A stretch of 64,000 bases of DNA, taken from positions 434,001-498,000 of the forward strand of contig NW_020846941.1 of assembly GCF_003704095.1 (NCBI RefSeq), written 5' to 3'. Below are positions 54,601-64,000 of the stretch, piece by piece. A program made the translations under genes and the position numbers. The first letter of the stretch is position 1; each line of letters starts with the position of its first letter. The stretch is from Pocillopora damicornis (taxonomy: Eukaryota). The notes below the pieces were generated by a model. That model did no database searches. It saw nothing but the letters and a program-made list of their open reading frames with translations, and was not told the origin of the DNA.

Positions 54601-57600
54601 GCAACCAAGTGCTTTCAAAACGCGCCAGATCCCACGAATTACCTTGCGAAGCCTCTACATACATATAGTGACCGAGTGCAGTGCCTTGGGGAAGTGGAGG
54701 GAGAGAAAAAATTCTTTAATGACAGCTCGAAACTTACCATTTTTCTTCAGTTATCTCTTCACACAAACACACACACACAATTTTTTACCCTCTTGATGGC
54801 CGCAGCAGGCAGGATGCTTTTCACGTATGAACCTATCATAAGGCGTTCGGCTCACTACCGAATTTTGGGCAGAGCATGGGACCACGAAATACATAATAAG
54901 GTCTCAGGATCGAGTCTTCGTTAAAAGCTTACATTCCTCCCTTGACTAGCATTCTGTTCGACTCATATTCAACGGTTGGGAAGCGACCATTTTCGCGCCG
55001 TTTTCGGGGTTATAACTAATAGTTTTTAACTCTTTCATAATTTCTCCTTACAACATCAATACCAATCCAGCAGATAAGTTATGAGAAAAAGAAAAAATTT
55101 CAATGAGGGAAATACTAGTTGATCCAATACCAGATTGTCCCAACAACTATCAAAAGAATTTTATGCGAGACAAAGGCGATTAATAAAATCTTGGGGGTGA
55201 AAGAGTTAATTTTGGTATGAAAAATAGGATGATTTAGACCATTGCATTTTCTCTTCCAGTCAGAGACTAAGAAACCCAAATCATTTCCACAACAATCCGT
55301 CATTCATGTTGCATACGCTCGCATTATATTAGCAAGGAAGCAAATATTTTCACCACAGGTTTAGCGGTTTGAATTTTTGTCAAACATTGATGGAAGGCTA
55401 TCAATTTTTTTTGGAACTTTGTACGGTGACAGCACCATCCATCAAAAGAACAGAGCAACACAATCCAGCGATCAAGTTCCCTCTGCTTTACGTCCCTATA
55501 AAAGTACACGTTTCGTTACGCAAGAGATTTTGGCCTACCTATCGTGTGATCCACACTTGGTCCAGTGTTTTTGGATGGTGTGCCGCCCTGATCTCTTTTC
55601 CAGTCGAATGCGCCTTTACTGGTGTCATTCCAGCCACATTGTCCTAATTTTTAAAACAAGAGCTAGTGAATTGAGGGACAAAAGAAGCAATAGTACACAA
55701 ATTCACACTTCAACGCTTTTATAAACCTCACGAGCTTTTGAAAAACTCATTGAGAGCCGCATTGCAAGTCACTGTTTTTCTTCTGAGTTCTCGAACAGCC
55801 TTATTACCCTTACAGTTTAAATTTTCGTTGAGATACGTACAATATTTAAAACGCAAACAACTACAAGTGTACTCGTATGCAATGACTAAAACACTATCTA
55901 GCACAAAAGAATAATAATACGCTGCGGTATGCAGAGCATCTATATATCATTATCATGTTGCTTTTAGTTTTATTTTTGAGTTTTGTTTGGAAAGGATAGA
56001 GGCTTACAACAAAAAATGAAGGGAAAGGGCTTTATAACAACAAAGACACTTAAGACAGTGGAAGGAGCCAATAAATCAAACATTTCTTGCCTGTTTCAAA
56101 TGTACAGTCCCCACAGTTCTGCTCGTCAGTATTATCACCCACTCCACAGTCATTGATAAAGTCGCACACATTGGTTGAACTGACGCATTTGCCAGACTTG
56201 CACTTCACAGCGCATGCGTTGGGTGTGGGAGTAGGAGTTGGACCTTAAAACACAAGAGGAAACAATCTTTTTCAATTTCCTTTTCAGTGTAAACAAAAAG
56301 CAAACCTGTTTTGTATCATACTTCAACCATTGAAAGCTCCCTTAGTTAATTTGTTTGAATACATTTTCAAGTCAAACTTACTTCTTTATTTCAATGCCTA
56401 CAACAAAAAGAAAGAAAAAATGTCCGGTGCGCCAGTCCACGACCTGAGCACAACGCGCATAACCAGACATATCTTAAAACGAATAGAACCATTCTTATTC
56501 CCCAGTCCAACTTAGATGGTTGTTTTATAAATCGAATATCGCAACAGAATATTGATATAATATCACTGTGCAATGAGGTACTTAGATAAAGCAACAATCT
56601 ATGACAAATGAGCGTTCCTTTCCGTTCTAACAAGAGGGCGTTGTGTAATTCCAATAGTTCATCGTCATCATTTATCAGCCACTTCAGAGGTAATATTTTT
56701 ATAAATTCAACAGTATGGTATGGAGAGGAGACCTCCAAGAAAGCACTAGGTTGATAGGCTTGTAGACTTATACTTACTTGGACAGTACCCCTTTGTCACG
56801 TCAATATCATCAATGGCAATATCAGCGTCGTAGGAGGCACCAACTGAAGCTTCAAATACAACCTGCAAAAGAGCAAGAACAGAGGGTCACCTCATCGTGG
56901 ATTCAAAAATACGATTTAACTGAACAAAACATTTTACCAAATATTACAGCACTTCACAAATTACACAAAAAAAAAAAACCAACAAACACATAAAAACTTC
57001 TTAATCAAGGTCAACTTATAAGTAACGTTAGAATTCCTGATGCAGGGCCATTACCCTAACCAGACAAGTTAATACAGCGAACTCCGATTTAAAAAAAGAT
57101 TGCTAAGAATTCCTTTCAAATTATCGTTACGTTAAAGTAATAAAAAGAGGGGATTGCAATTTAGAAAATGAGTCGTCAAAGTGTTCCTAAACCAATTTTC
57201 AGAGAGATTAATGTCTCAGCATACCTCAAAGTCATCGGCACTGTTAAGCTGTATTTGTTGAAACAACCAACTATCCCCGTGGTTGTACTGATCAGCCCAT
57301 TTAGTGTTGTAGTAGGGCTTACTGGGGTTAAATGGATACATTTTCAGCTTCACTTTAAGAGCCCCGACACTGTTACCATACATGTGGTACCAGAACTTCA
57401 AGCACCAGTTATGGCCGTCCGCGATTTTAAATCGATCTGACACGAGCCTGGCAGTCTCTCCTTTCACTCGTGGTGCAGACGCTTCGATGTACATGTAGTG
57501 ACCTAAATAGAATAAGAGAGATGTGAAGTTTTGAGCGCGGTAAATAAATAAAAATGATGTTTTTCGTCTTGTTACGAGCGTGGGGCAAAGAAAAAATTCT

Positions 57601-58108
57601 GAGTCCCTATGAGAAATCGAACCTCAGACCTTCGGATTCCATTCAGAAGGATTTCAGAGCATCTGGGCGCGGAATCCGTAGGTTTGAGGTTCGATTCCTC
57701 GTGGGGACTCAGAATATTTTTTTTTATTTGCCCCACGCTCGTGACAAGACGAAAAACATATTTCTCTATGTAGCGACCTGTTTGTACGGACCAAGTTAAA
57801 ATGTAATTCGTATATCGAACTTTTTCTTTCATGAGGCTCTTTTCCTTTCTACCAAGCTAGGAATACTTTGCAGGGTTTTTTATGCCATGTAACAAGTGTT
57901 GCGCGACATCTGACTATTCGCGTAGTGGACCTTATGGGACGAATGAGAAACGCAAGAAGATAGAAGACCTGATAGATAGGGAAAATTTCAAAAAGGAAAA
58001 AAAAATGATACGCTAGTACGCCTTATTAGTAAGATTGGACTTCAGCATTGTCATTTGCTTATTTTCTTAATCATAAATGACAACCCAGCTGCATGACTGG
58101 TTTAAAAA

Positions 58109-58140
<32 letters not shown>

Positions 58141-61100
58141 AGAACATCAAAAAGCACACAAAAAAACAATAAACAAGGCTTAAAGATTTCTTATACCAGT
58201 CTCAAACTTATTGCATCAAAAGAGGGCTTACAACTTATCGTCTTTTATACACTTTATCGCCCATATTTGTAAAACAACTAAATTACCATTAACAGAATTA
58301 GTTGTGTGATCAACAGATGGTCCAGTTCCAATGCTTCTAGTGTGGCCGGAGTTTCTCTCCCAATCAAAAACGTCATCCACCAAGTCATTCTGATACGCGC
58401 ATAAACCTTTTTCGAAATCACACGAACCGGGTGGTGGGCAGGGGCCACTTTTGACATTGGTGTCGTCAATAGCAATGTCTCCTCGATAACCACGCCCTCT
58501 GATGCCTTCGAACACAGCCTAAGAAAACAAAGAAAATATAAATAACTTGACTGAAACACTTTCCTTTTAATGCTAATTTTAAGAGCGAACTTAAGAACCT
58601 CATTACGGAGAAATTTCTATTCATCAAAAATAGTGCCATGAGTGAATAAAGAAAGTCTATAGAGTCAATAACAGAGGCAAACTAGCGCTTTCTTAAGAGT
58701 GGATCAAATACAGTATAACCCTCAAAAACCCTAGGGCTGATATGCATCGCATTTTTCCTTATTATATCACTCGTAAATCAAATGTTAGAGCCATGAGAGT
58801 ACAAGAAAGAATCAAGCTCTCTATTGTTACACAAACGTTCAATGTCCTCTCCAGTACCTTGGGAAGTGTATAAGAATGTTGTGGAGAATATGCATACTGA
58901 TCTCGGAAGGTTAAGGAATAAATATATGGTTGTGCACCTTGAAAAATGAGCCAACAATTTCAAGCGTTAACTCCTTCTCCTTATTAAGACCTCTGCACTG
59001 CAAACTTAACTACAGTCCTTCAAACTTAGTTGCTAACCTTCCACTGAGTGTTTGGACTTTGTACTGTTATCATTCCTCTTAGCCATCTATTCCCATGATT
59101 GCCAGATGCCGTCCAAACTCTCGACCCAAGGGTGTTGCCACGTTTGATGTACACATTAAGTCTACCAATTCCACTTCCATACATATGGTACCAGAATACC
59201 AAACACTTTCCATTACCATCTGTTACGCTATAAGTAGGAGATTCCAGGCGGGCGTAGTCTCCAGGTTTGCGAGGTGATGACGTCTCTATGTACATGTAGC
59301 TACCTGGAGTAAATATAAACATGACAGCTCTTAACTGTTTAAAAAGTCAATTTTTTATTTAATATTCTCCGACCGAAAAAGTATCTAAAATATGGTAAGA
59401 TGGTAACTGCTCGTATTAAATGAAACATAAATATGCGAATAATTCATATGTTCAAAGACTGTGAAACATGTTTTTTCAATTAGTCATGGAAATCTCATGT
59501 ATCTCCTCTAAATGGCCACCAATTGCGAGCACTAAGCTGTATATTTGACTCACCGAATGCAGTGCCGGAAGTATGATCAAATGATGGCCCGGTTCTGACT
59601 GAGGTCGTGTTACCACTTCCTTTCGTCCAATCAAAGATGTCTCCTTGGTCTTGGGTGAAGCCACAGATCTTAGGATCCTCAAAGTCACATAAGGCTGAAA
59701 CAAGAAAAAGATAGATGAATGAGAATAGCACGATGGAAAGAACAAGTCGTGCGTATCCACCTGAAAATTTCTATACCTCCAACGTTGTAACTACACTGCC
59801 TTAGAAGATACAAGCAATTTATAATCTCCAAAAACTAGAAGAAAACCGTAGATACAGAACAAAACACCAATTTCCAACAAAAATTCAAATCAAATTTTCA
59901 TAAATATCTCTTTAATTGACGACCTCTTGACACAATACCCTTCATTTCCCTGAGCAGGGCGTCAATGTAATAGAAAAGGGGACTCTTACTTTGTGTAGAA
60001 GACAGTACACGTCACAAAAGAATTTCATCGCAACTGGGAATAAAAAAAACAGTGAAAACAATAGCGTGACGTATACTGTGTCTTCTACACCAAGAAAGAG
60101 CCTAAAAGGGGAAAGAATCGGTAAACTATTCCAAAGTATTGCGATCTCAATGACGTTGTATCAAAATTTTTGTTGTAGATTTTGGATATCAAGACTATGT
60201 TTTGGCGCCACTTTAACGCCGTCATCATGTTATCACATCTTGCAAGAGAAACGAAATATATCTTTATCACGCAAGTCAGATAATAGATACATAAATGAAA
60301 TCAGTTTTGTTACAGAATTTGCTTTGTGCGCGTACACAACTTAGAGAACCGTTTGTGATTCATGCATTAAGTACTCTATATAGAGAAAAAAAAACAATCT
60401 AAGAATTTTAGCTTACGCAGGAGAGGGCAAGAACCATCCAAAACACGAAGATCATCCAAAGCTATATCGCCTTGGTAGCTTTCACCACGTTTCCCTTCAA
60501 AAGCAAACTGAAAAAAAATCCATTCCGTTAGTATCAGTTATGTGTTCCTAGAGATTTAGGTTATCTTAGGTTTTTGTGGTTGCAAGGGAAACCGTAAAAA
60601 CAGTGATGGACGCAATTTCCAAACTGTTGCTCGCCTGCGAGGACCATGGCGATATTTGATTTTCAATACGCAGGTGAGATGAAATTTACTTTATTACAAA
60701 TTGAATCAGATTCCCCCGAGGAAAAGAAGAACCCTCTACAATGTCCCCCACTCCCGACGTGTGGCTTCGTAGCTCAATAAGTAGCAGCGCCCAACCAGTA
60801 TTTGGAAGACACAGGTTCGAATCCCGTCGAAGCTCGAATTATCTTCAAGCTTCTTTTCTGCAATTGCCATTTCCTAACTCTTGAATCTGCCTTACGGACA
60901 AACATCCCCAATTAAACCTCACCTGGAAAGGTGTACTGCTCGTCACAGCAACTTGGCCCAGTTTCCAACTGTTCCCCTGGGTGCCATTTTTAGTCCACAC
61001 TGGTTGAGCAGGAATCTGTTGTCCTCGTTTTAGATACAAGTTCAATGTATCTACATGCTGCCCATGCATATGATACCAAAACTGTAAGCAAACCATGTTG

Positions 61101-63228
61101 TTAGGTTTGCCGATTGTTGCAGGAACCACTGCACTCTCGAGAATAGCTGTGTCGTTCTGCCTTTGCCACGATGTTTCTATATACACATAGTAACCTGCAA
61201 AGAGAAAGCAAAGTACTCATGAATCAGCTAAAAAGATACTCGATTTCGAATTATAAAGAGAATGAAATCAAGTGAAAATACTTACTGTATAATTTTTAAA
61301 CCAGAACACCACCAGTTTTCCTCTGTGAGTCTAAAGGAATTTTAGCGGAAAATAGCCAATTTTATACCCACGTGTGGTTTTCTAGACCCGAACTGATTCA
61401 ATTCACTACGAAACCATTCACAAACAATGAGATCAAACAAAAATTTCCCCGTTTTTTTTTTTTTCCTGTGGCAGAACTGCACTGATCCGAGATCGGTTAA
61501 CTCGGAATATTACGTAACTCCTTTCCTCAGAGCAAGAGGGCTAAAGCATCAATTTGTCCAAAATAAACTGAATCTGAGTACTGACCTTTTTTACTTCCGG
61601 TTGTGTGATCCGCTGTTGGACCGGTTCCAATAGAAGGTGAACCACCGGACTGTCTCCACCAGTTGAAGTCGTCCTCCTTAGAGTTGTTCCAGTTGCAGAA
61701 GTCTTGCTCGAAATTGCAGTCCCATTTGGATGGTGGCAGCGTTGTGGGTGGGGCTGGGGTGGTGGGGAAAGGTGTTGGCCTGCTGGGTCCGTGGAAGCAC
61801 CAGGGAACGTTTGGAACAGAGCTATCCCAGCAGCAACCGCGAGACTGGCACTGAGTTGACGAGATTCCAGCGTAGCCACAGTCTTGCCTGGAAAAAAGTT
61901 AAATTGAATTTCATAAATGTTTGAACCTTGTCCTGGCTAGCAACTGGGAGAAACATTTAGGAGCGACAGCGCTTCAGCACCAGAGAGGTCATGCACGACA
62001 TTTACGTTGAATTTACTGAGAATACAAGATGTTTTGCCATATTTCTTCCACGTTAATTTGGGAATAATAAAGAGAATTGAAAACCGGAATCCAATCATGC
62101 CGCTTGCCGCCAACAAGCGGCCCCATGTTTTGAATTACGCAAGAGCCGTTGAGTGATGATGCTTTTGAACCAAAATCGTCTTTATCATAGGGGATCGGTA
62201 TTGCTACTTTTGCACAATATACCGTACCTCATCGCCGGCTTGACACTCTTGCATGCACTGGGATGATAAAAGCAGTACGGAACGTTCGGAACAGAATCGT
62301 CCCAACAACATCTTCGCAGACCCACACAGGTTGCCTTGGTGATACCAACATAACCACAGTCTACTCGCTGCTGAGAATTGACAGAAGAACACAGTCCTAT
62401 ACAGTAGCCATCGTCGAACAAAATGTCGTCTATGGCGATGTCGCTATGGTAGTCTTTTCCCCTTACACCTTCAAAAATTATCTGATAGCTTGTCCTGCTG
62501 GTTACTGTCACCTCTGCTTTGCGCCAGACATTGCCCTGCAGAGCAGAAAAAAATGGTAATCCAAGAAAGACTAATTAATGAAGGATGAGTGTAATGAAGG
62601 CAAGGTTACAGAGAGCATGTTGGTGAAAATGTGTCTACCTGTGAGCCGTTGAGGTTCCAAACCAAACTCTCTGGCTTGCCAACTTGTTTCATGTAGATAT
62701 TAAGGTTGGCAACGGTTGCACCATACATGTGGAACCACCATGACATGCACTTTCCAGTAGTGGAAGCGAACATTTTACTTCTCAATCTGGCTATTTCACC
62801 TGACTTTCGAGGACTTGATGTTTCAATAAAAGCGTAAGTTCCTTTAAAGAACCAAAAACAAATACGTCAAATAGCCCAAATATAAAAACGATTAAACAAA
62901 AATTCCTGAAGAAAATCTTAACGAATTTTCGAGTGCAGTGCATCAAAGGCATCAAAAATTATATTAGTAATTATACGTCTTGGGCATTGTTACGGTGGTG
63001 AAACAGCAGTAAGTTGTTCAACATACGAAACCCACGACTCCTTTTACAAAGCCACTTTAAACCTACCGACGGCGGATCCAGTCGTGTGATCACTCGACGG
63101 TCCCGTTTGGTAACTCGGTGTGCTGCCACTTCCCAGAGTCCAATCAAAATCATCCAGACCCGAAGACCTATTACCATTAGGTACATTGAGCCATGCACAG
63201 AAACTCTTTTTCTCAAAGTCACAACTTC
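14683..63228 (-). CDS. MALRD1: Giant multi-exon MAM and LDL-receptor class A domain-containing type I membrane protein (MALRD1-like / coral MAM-LDLr-like); 5' part lies beyond the window
   Basis: Manually spliced exons (5'->3' on minus strand; phases consistent except across the gap): 63228-63067, 62841-62639, 62535-62228, 61887-61586, 61194-60923, 60507-60417, 59694-59554, 59303-59038, 58518-58287, 57502-57225, 56862-56778, 56243-56091, 55643-55539, 54684-54472, 53940-53664, 53112-52979, 52410-52139, 51652-51403, 51277-51140, 50686-50426, [gap], 49975-49780, 49499-49281, 48837-48618, 48340-48111, 47964-47705, 47437-47208, 46765-46632, 46148-45886, 45436-45337, 44949-44743, 44430-44239, 43675-43489, 43145-42910, 42709-42443, 41999-41748, 41157-40940, 40561-40369, 39801-39616, 39341-39252, 38891-38563, 37792-37574, 37255-37051, 36439-36171, 35392-35274, 34755-34511, 33865-33488, 32871-32567, 32048-31845, 31362-31198, 30651-30447, 29859-29623, 29229-29081, 28350-28029, 27693-26968, 26437-26177, 25583-25434, 25287-24968, 24397-24107, 23646-23445, 23317-23030, 22475-22297, 22044-21873, 21162-21034, 20583-20464, 20042-19976, 19611-19439, 19091-19028, 18504-18341, 17995-17920, 17495-17323, 16940-16887, 16645-16561, 15953-15860, 15341-15282, 14763-14683 (TGA). 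Repeated MAM motifs (Cx[31 protein letters not shown]) and LDLa motifs (C..CD...DC.D.SDE..C). The symbol marks the family; orthology is not proven. Confidence 0.93.
14951..15045. mobile_element. Tc1/pogo-type MITE remnant
   Basis: cagtgaacct ... aggttccactg|ta termini. Confidence 0.45.
16561..16645 (-). CDS. Transmembrane-helix exon of the MAM-LDLa protein
   Basis: [29 protein letters not shown]: hydrophobic stretch followed by basic stop-transfer residues; canonical AG/GT boundaries. Confidence 0.92.
17050..17211. mobile_element. Short MITE with terminal inverted repeats
   Basis: aagggtctcaaaggg ... ccccactgagaccctct. Confidence 0.6.
17323..20042 (-). other. Three juxtamembrane units of EGF-like + degenerate LDLa-like module
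   Basis: EGF-like repeats [13 protein letters not shown]|[23 protein letters not shown]|[11 protein letters not shown] and [16 protein letters not shown]|[10 protein letters not shown], each followed by a Cys module with LDLa-like spacing. Confidence 0.8.
22229..22280. mobile_element. MITE family A terminal fragment
   Basis: aaccctctacacactaacattagtatgtataatctccatactgttctcta matches the reverse complement of the family A end. Confidence 0.55.
23214..24337 (-). other. Unnamed ~180-aa cysteine-rich module (18 Cys) between MAM21 and MAM22
   Basis: Three in-frame exons (24397-24107, 23646-23445, 23317-23030) encode [10 protein letters not shown]...AGCKGYW...LCEDGWHVC...EPLCCG...GGIMCCKD; the spacing is not MAM, LDLa, EGF or trefoil. 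Confidence 0.85.
24635..24955 (+). repeat. (AAT)n/(AAC)n microsatellite and low-complexity tract in an intron
   Basis: Directly visible; produces the spurious poly-I and poly-Y ORFs. Confidence 0.95.
25606..25911. repeat. Dispersed-type repeat with two consecutive internal inverted repeats
   Basis: attat..aacaccaatgaaatac / gtatttcattgatgtttgtataat, then tacacggtcgcggggcgatatgaactttctctt / aagagaagtttcgtatctccgcgcgaccttgta. Confidence 0.65.
26538..26730. mobile_element. Related TTAA-type MITE family B (other copies ~28640-28835 and ~55025-55209)
   Basis: Starts ttaacccttcaactctcataagtgat; shares agcagataagt..gatg.gaa..aa..tgatc.aataccaaatt..gagaatt..ctggg.gt with the other copies; the 55025 copy ends gggggtgaaagagttaa. 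Confidence 0.65.
34381..34447 (+). mobile_element. Degenerate Penelope-like terminal repeat with a minimal hammerhead-like motif
   Basis: ttcgctCTGATGAagggctaacgttcGAAtc; the second core box is mutated from GAAA. Confidence 0.45.
35063..35117 (+). repeat. G-rich ~10-bp tandem repeat (GGGATGGGGCC-like)
   Basis: gggatgggccgggatggggccgggatagggcgggataggccgggatggggcaggg. Confidence 0.85.
35785..35992. mobile_element. TTAA-type MITE family A, near full length
   Basis: Termini aaccctttcataccta...ttagggtgtaaagggttaa form inverted repeats; TTAA at the right end. Confidence 0.8.
44001..44164. mobile_element. TTAA-type MITE family A partial copy
   Basis: aatttctcc...gatcacc..aagaagctcttgattgtta..aaattctcc...ttagggtgtgaaggg. 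Confidence 0.7.
44986..45177. mobile_element. TTAA-type MITE family A copy
   Basis: Starts ttaacccttaaaccttcaagagtgactagcatctaatttctcc, same as 35785. Confidence 0.75.
50077..50176. other. Assembly gap (100 N) hiding at least one coding exon; other gaps near 14816, at 19110-19334 and near 22760
   Basis: N runs. The C-terminus of MAM7 and the first half of the following LDLa are missing from the flanking sequence. Confidence 0.85.
57557..57760. repeat. Foldback element made of two inverted tRNA-derived arms (~85 bp each, ~30-nt spacer)
   Basis: 57557-57640 is the reverse complement of 57671-57760 with few mismatches; single-arm relatives at ~36650-36740 and ~50885-50975. Confidence 0.85.
60763..60870 (+). 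mobile_element. tRNA-like SINE head
   Basis: ggcttcgtagctcaataagtagcagcgc...acaggttcgaatcccgtcgaagc: A- and B-box-like motifs, imperfect cloverleaf. Confidence 0.6.
61760..62390 (-). other. Two tandem trefoil (P-type) domains within the MAM-LDLa protein
   Basis: [43 protein letters not shown] and CKSVKPAMR|[32 protein letters not shown] match the trefoil signature R.DCG..GI....C...GCC.D......WCF. Confidence 0.92.
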
Positions 63229-63464
63229 CTGTGTTCAAAAAACAAATCATTCAAATACAAAAAAACAAGTTCAGTACTGTCAGGTGTAATAAGGAAACAC
63301 GCTTTTAGTTGAAAAAAAAATTGTTTGTGAATTTAGCATGGTCATTCAATATCTCAGTTTTAAGAAATTATTAATCAACCAGTATAATTTCCTAACTATT
63401 TAATATATATTTCAAAGCTATGCAGCAACTCAAAACATACATATCCAAAAAGGAAAGCTAACAG

Positions 63465-63630
63465 AAGGTATGAATAAATAAAAGAGGGTGGCTATCGAAG
63501 GTTGGAAGATTCTTGGTTAAAACGACTGAAATGTTCGTTAGTTATGAGGTATGAATCAATAAAAGACGGTGGCTTTCAAAACTTGAAAGGTTCTTAGTTA
63601 AAATGACTGAAATTTACGCTAGTTATGAAG
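63465..63630 (+). repeat. Two-copy 81-bp tandem repeat
   Basis: ggtatgaat.aataaaaga.ggtggct...agttatga starts at 63467 and at 63548. Confidence 0.85.
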
Positions 63631-64000
63631 CTCGAGAATCAATGTTCTGCGCTGTGAATTTGTAATTTCGCTAGTACTGCTTGTCAATTTGAAGTTAATA
63701 ACTCACATTCAAGAGAACAAACCAAGACGGTAAATGACATACTGTAACATTGTGCCTTTAAGGCCCAGAGGTTTATTTTTCACGAAACTTTCAGTGTAAT
63801 TGAAATCAAGCTCTTTTTGGCTTGTTTCCAGTCAAGACTTGCCCTCAGAGAGCTTTGAAGGTCATCGAAAGGAGAACATCATTTGCATAGGACACAAGGC
63901 AAAGCCATATTTTGAAATACGAATTAAAAAATTAATTCATAAACCCTAAGTAAACACTGGATAATTAAATACGAAGAACAACCTTCTGGTGGACAGGGGC

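Noticed and set aside
41965-58495. RGD tripeptides (YRGDIAIDD) in several MAMs
   Set aside because: Part of the conserved MAM C-terminal strand motif; no evidence of an exposed integrin-binding loop.
60763-60840. Possible tRNA gene
   Set aside because: D-arm and anticodon arm pair poorly and the sequence runs on into repeat-like DNA; better explained as a SINE head.
63741-63900. Candidate further exon ending at a gtatg donor
   Set aside because: No MAM, LDLa or linker signature in any frame; the next exon probably lies beyond the window.
1-64000. CRISPR arrays, operons or prokaryotic defence systems
   Set aside because: The window is spliceosomal-intron-containing animal DNA; no repeat-spacer arrays or bacterial gene organisation seen.

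Overview
AT-rich, intron-containing animal DNA. The repeat families and gene content suggest a stony coral or other anthozoan (inference). Bases 1-13.6 kb hold a tandem cluster of rhodopsin-class orphan GPCRs on the + strand: two intact single-exon ORFs (8363-9313, 12642-13547) and two decayed relics (~338-665, ~1383-1600), mixed with SINEs, MITEs and a local tandem duplication. Bases 14.7-63.2 kb hold one giant minus-strand gene that continues past the right edge. By hand I traced 75 phase-consistent exons (~15.3 kb CDS, ~5,100 aa), with at least one more exon hidden in the N-gap at 50077-50176. It encodes a MAM and LDL-receptor class A domain protein (MALRD1-like; same family as the coral skeletal-matrix MAM-LDLr proteins). 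In-window content: 22 MAM domains, 16 canonical LDLa repeats, 2 trefoil (P-type) domains, an unnamed ~180-aa module with 18 Cys, three EGF + Ca-cage-less LDLa-like units, one TM helix, and a tail with two NPxY motifs. The most interesting items are the unnamed Cys-rich module, an RKRR furin-type site inside one MAM, and the LRP-like endocytic tail. All counts and coordinates are manual and unverified by tools.
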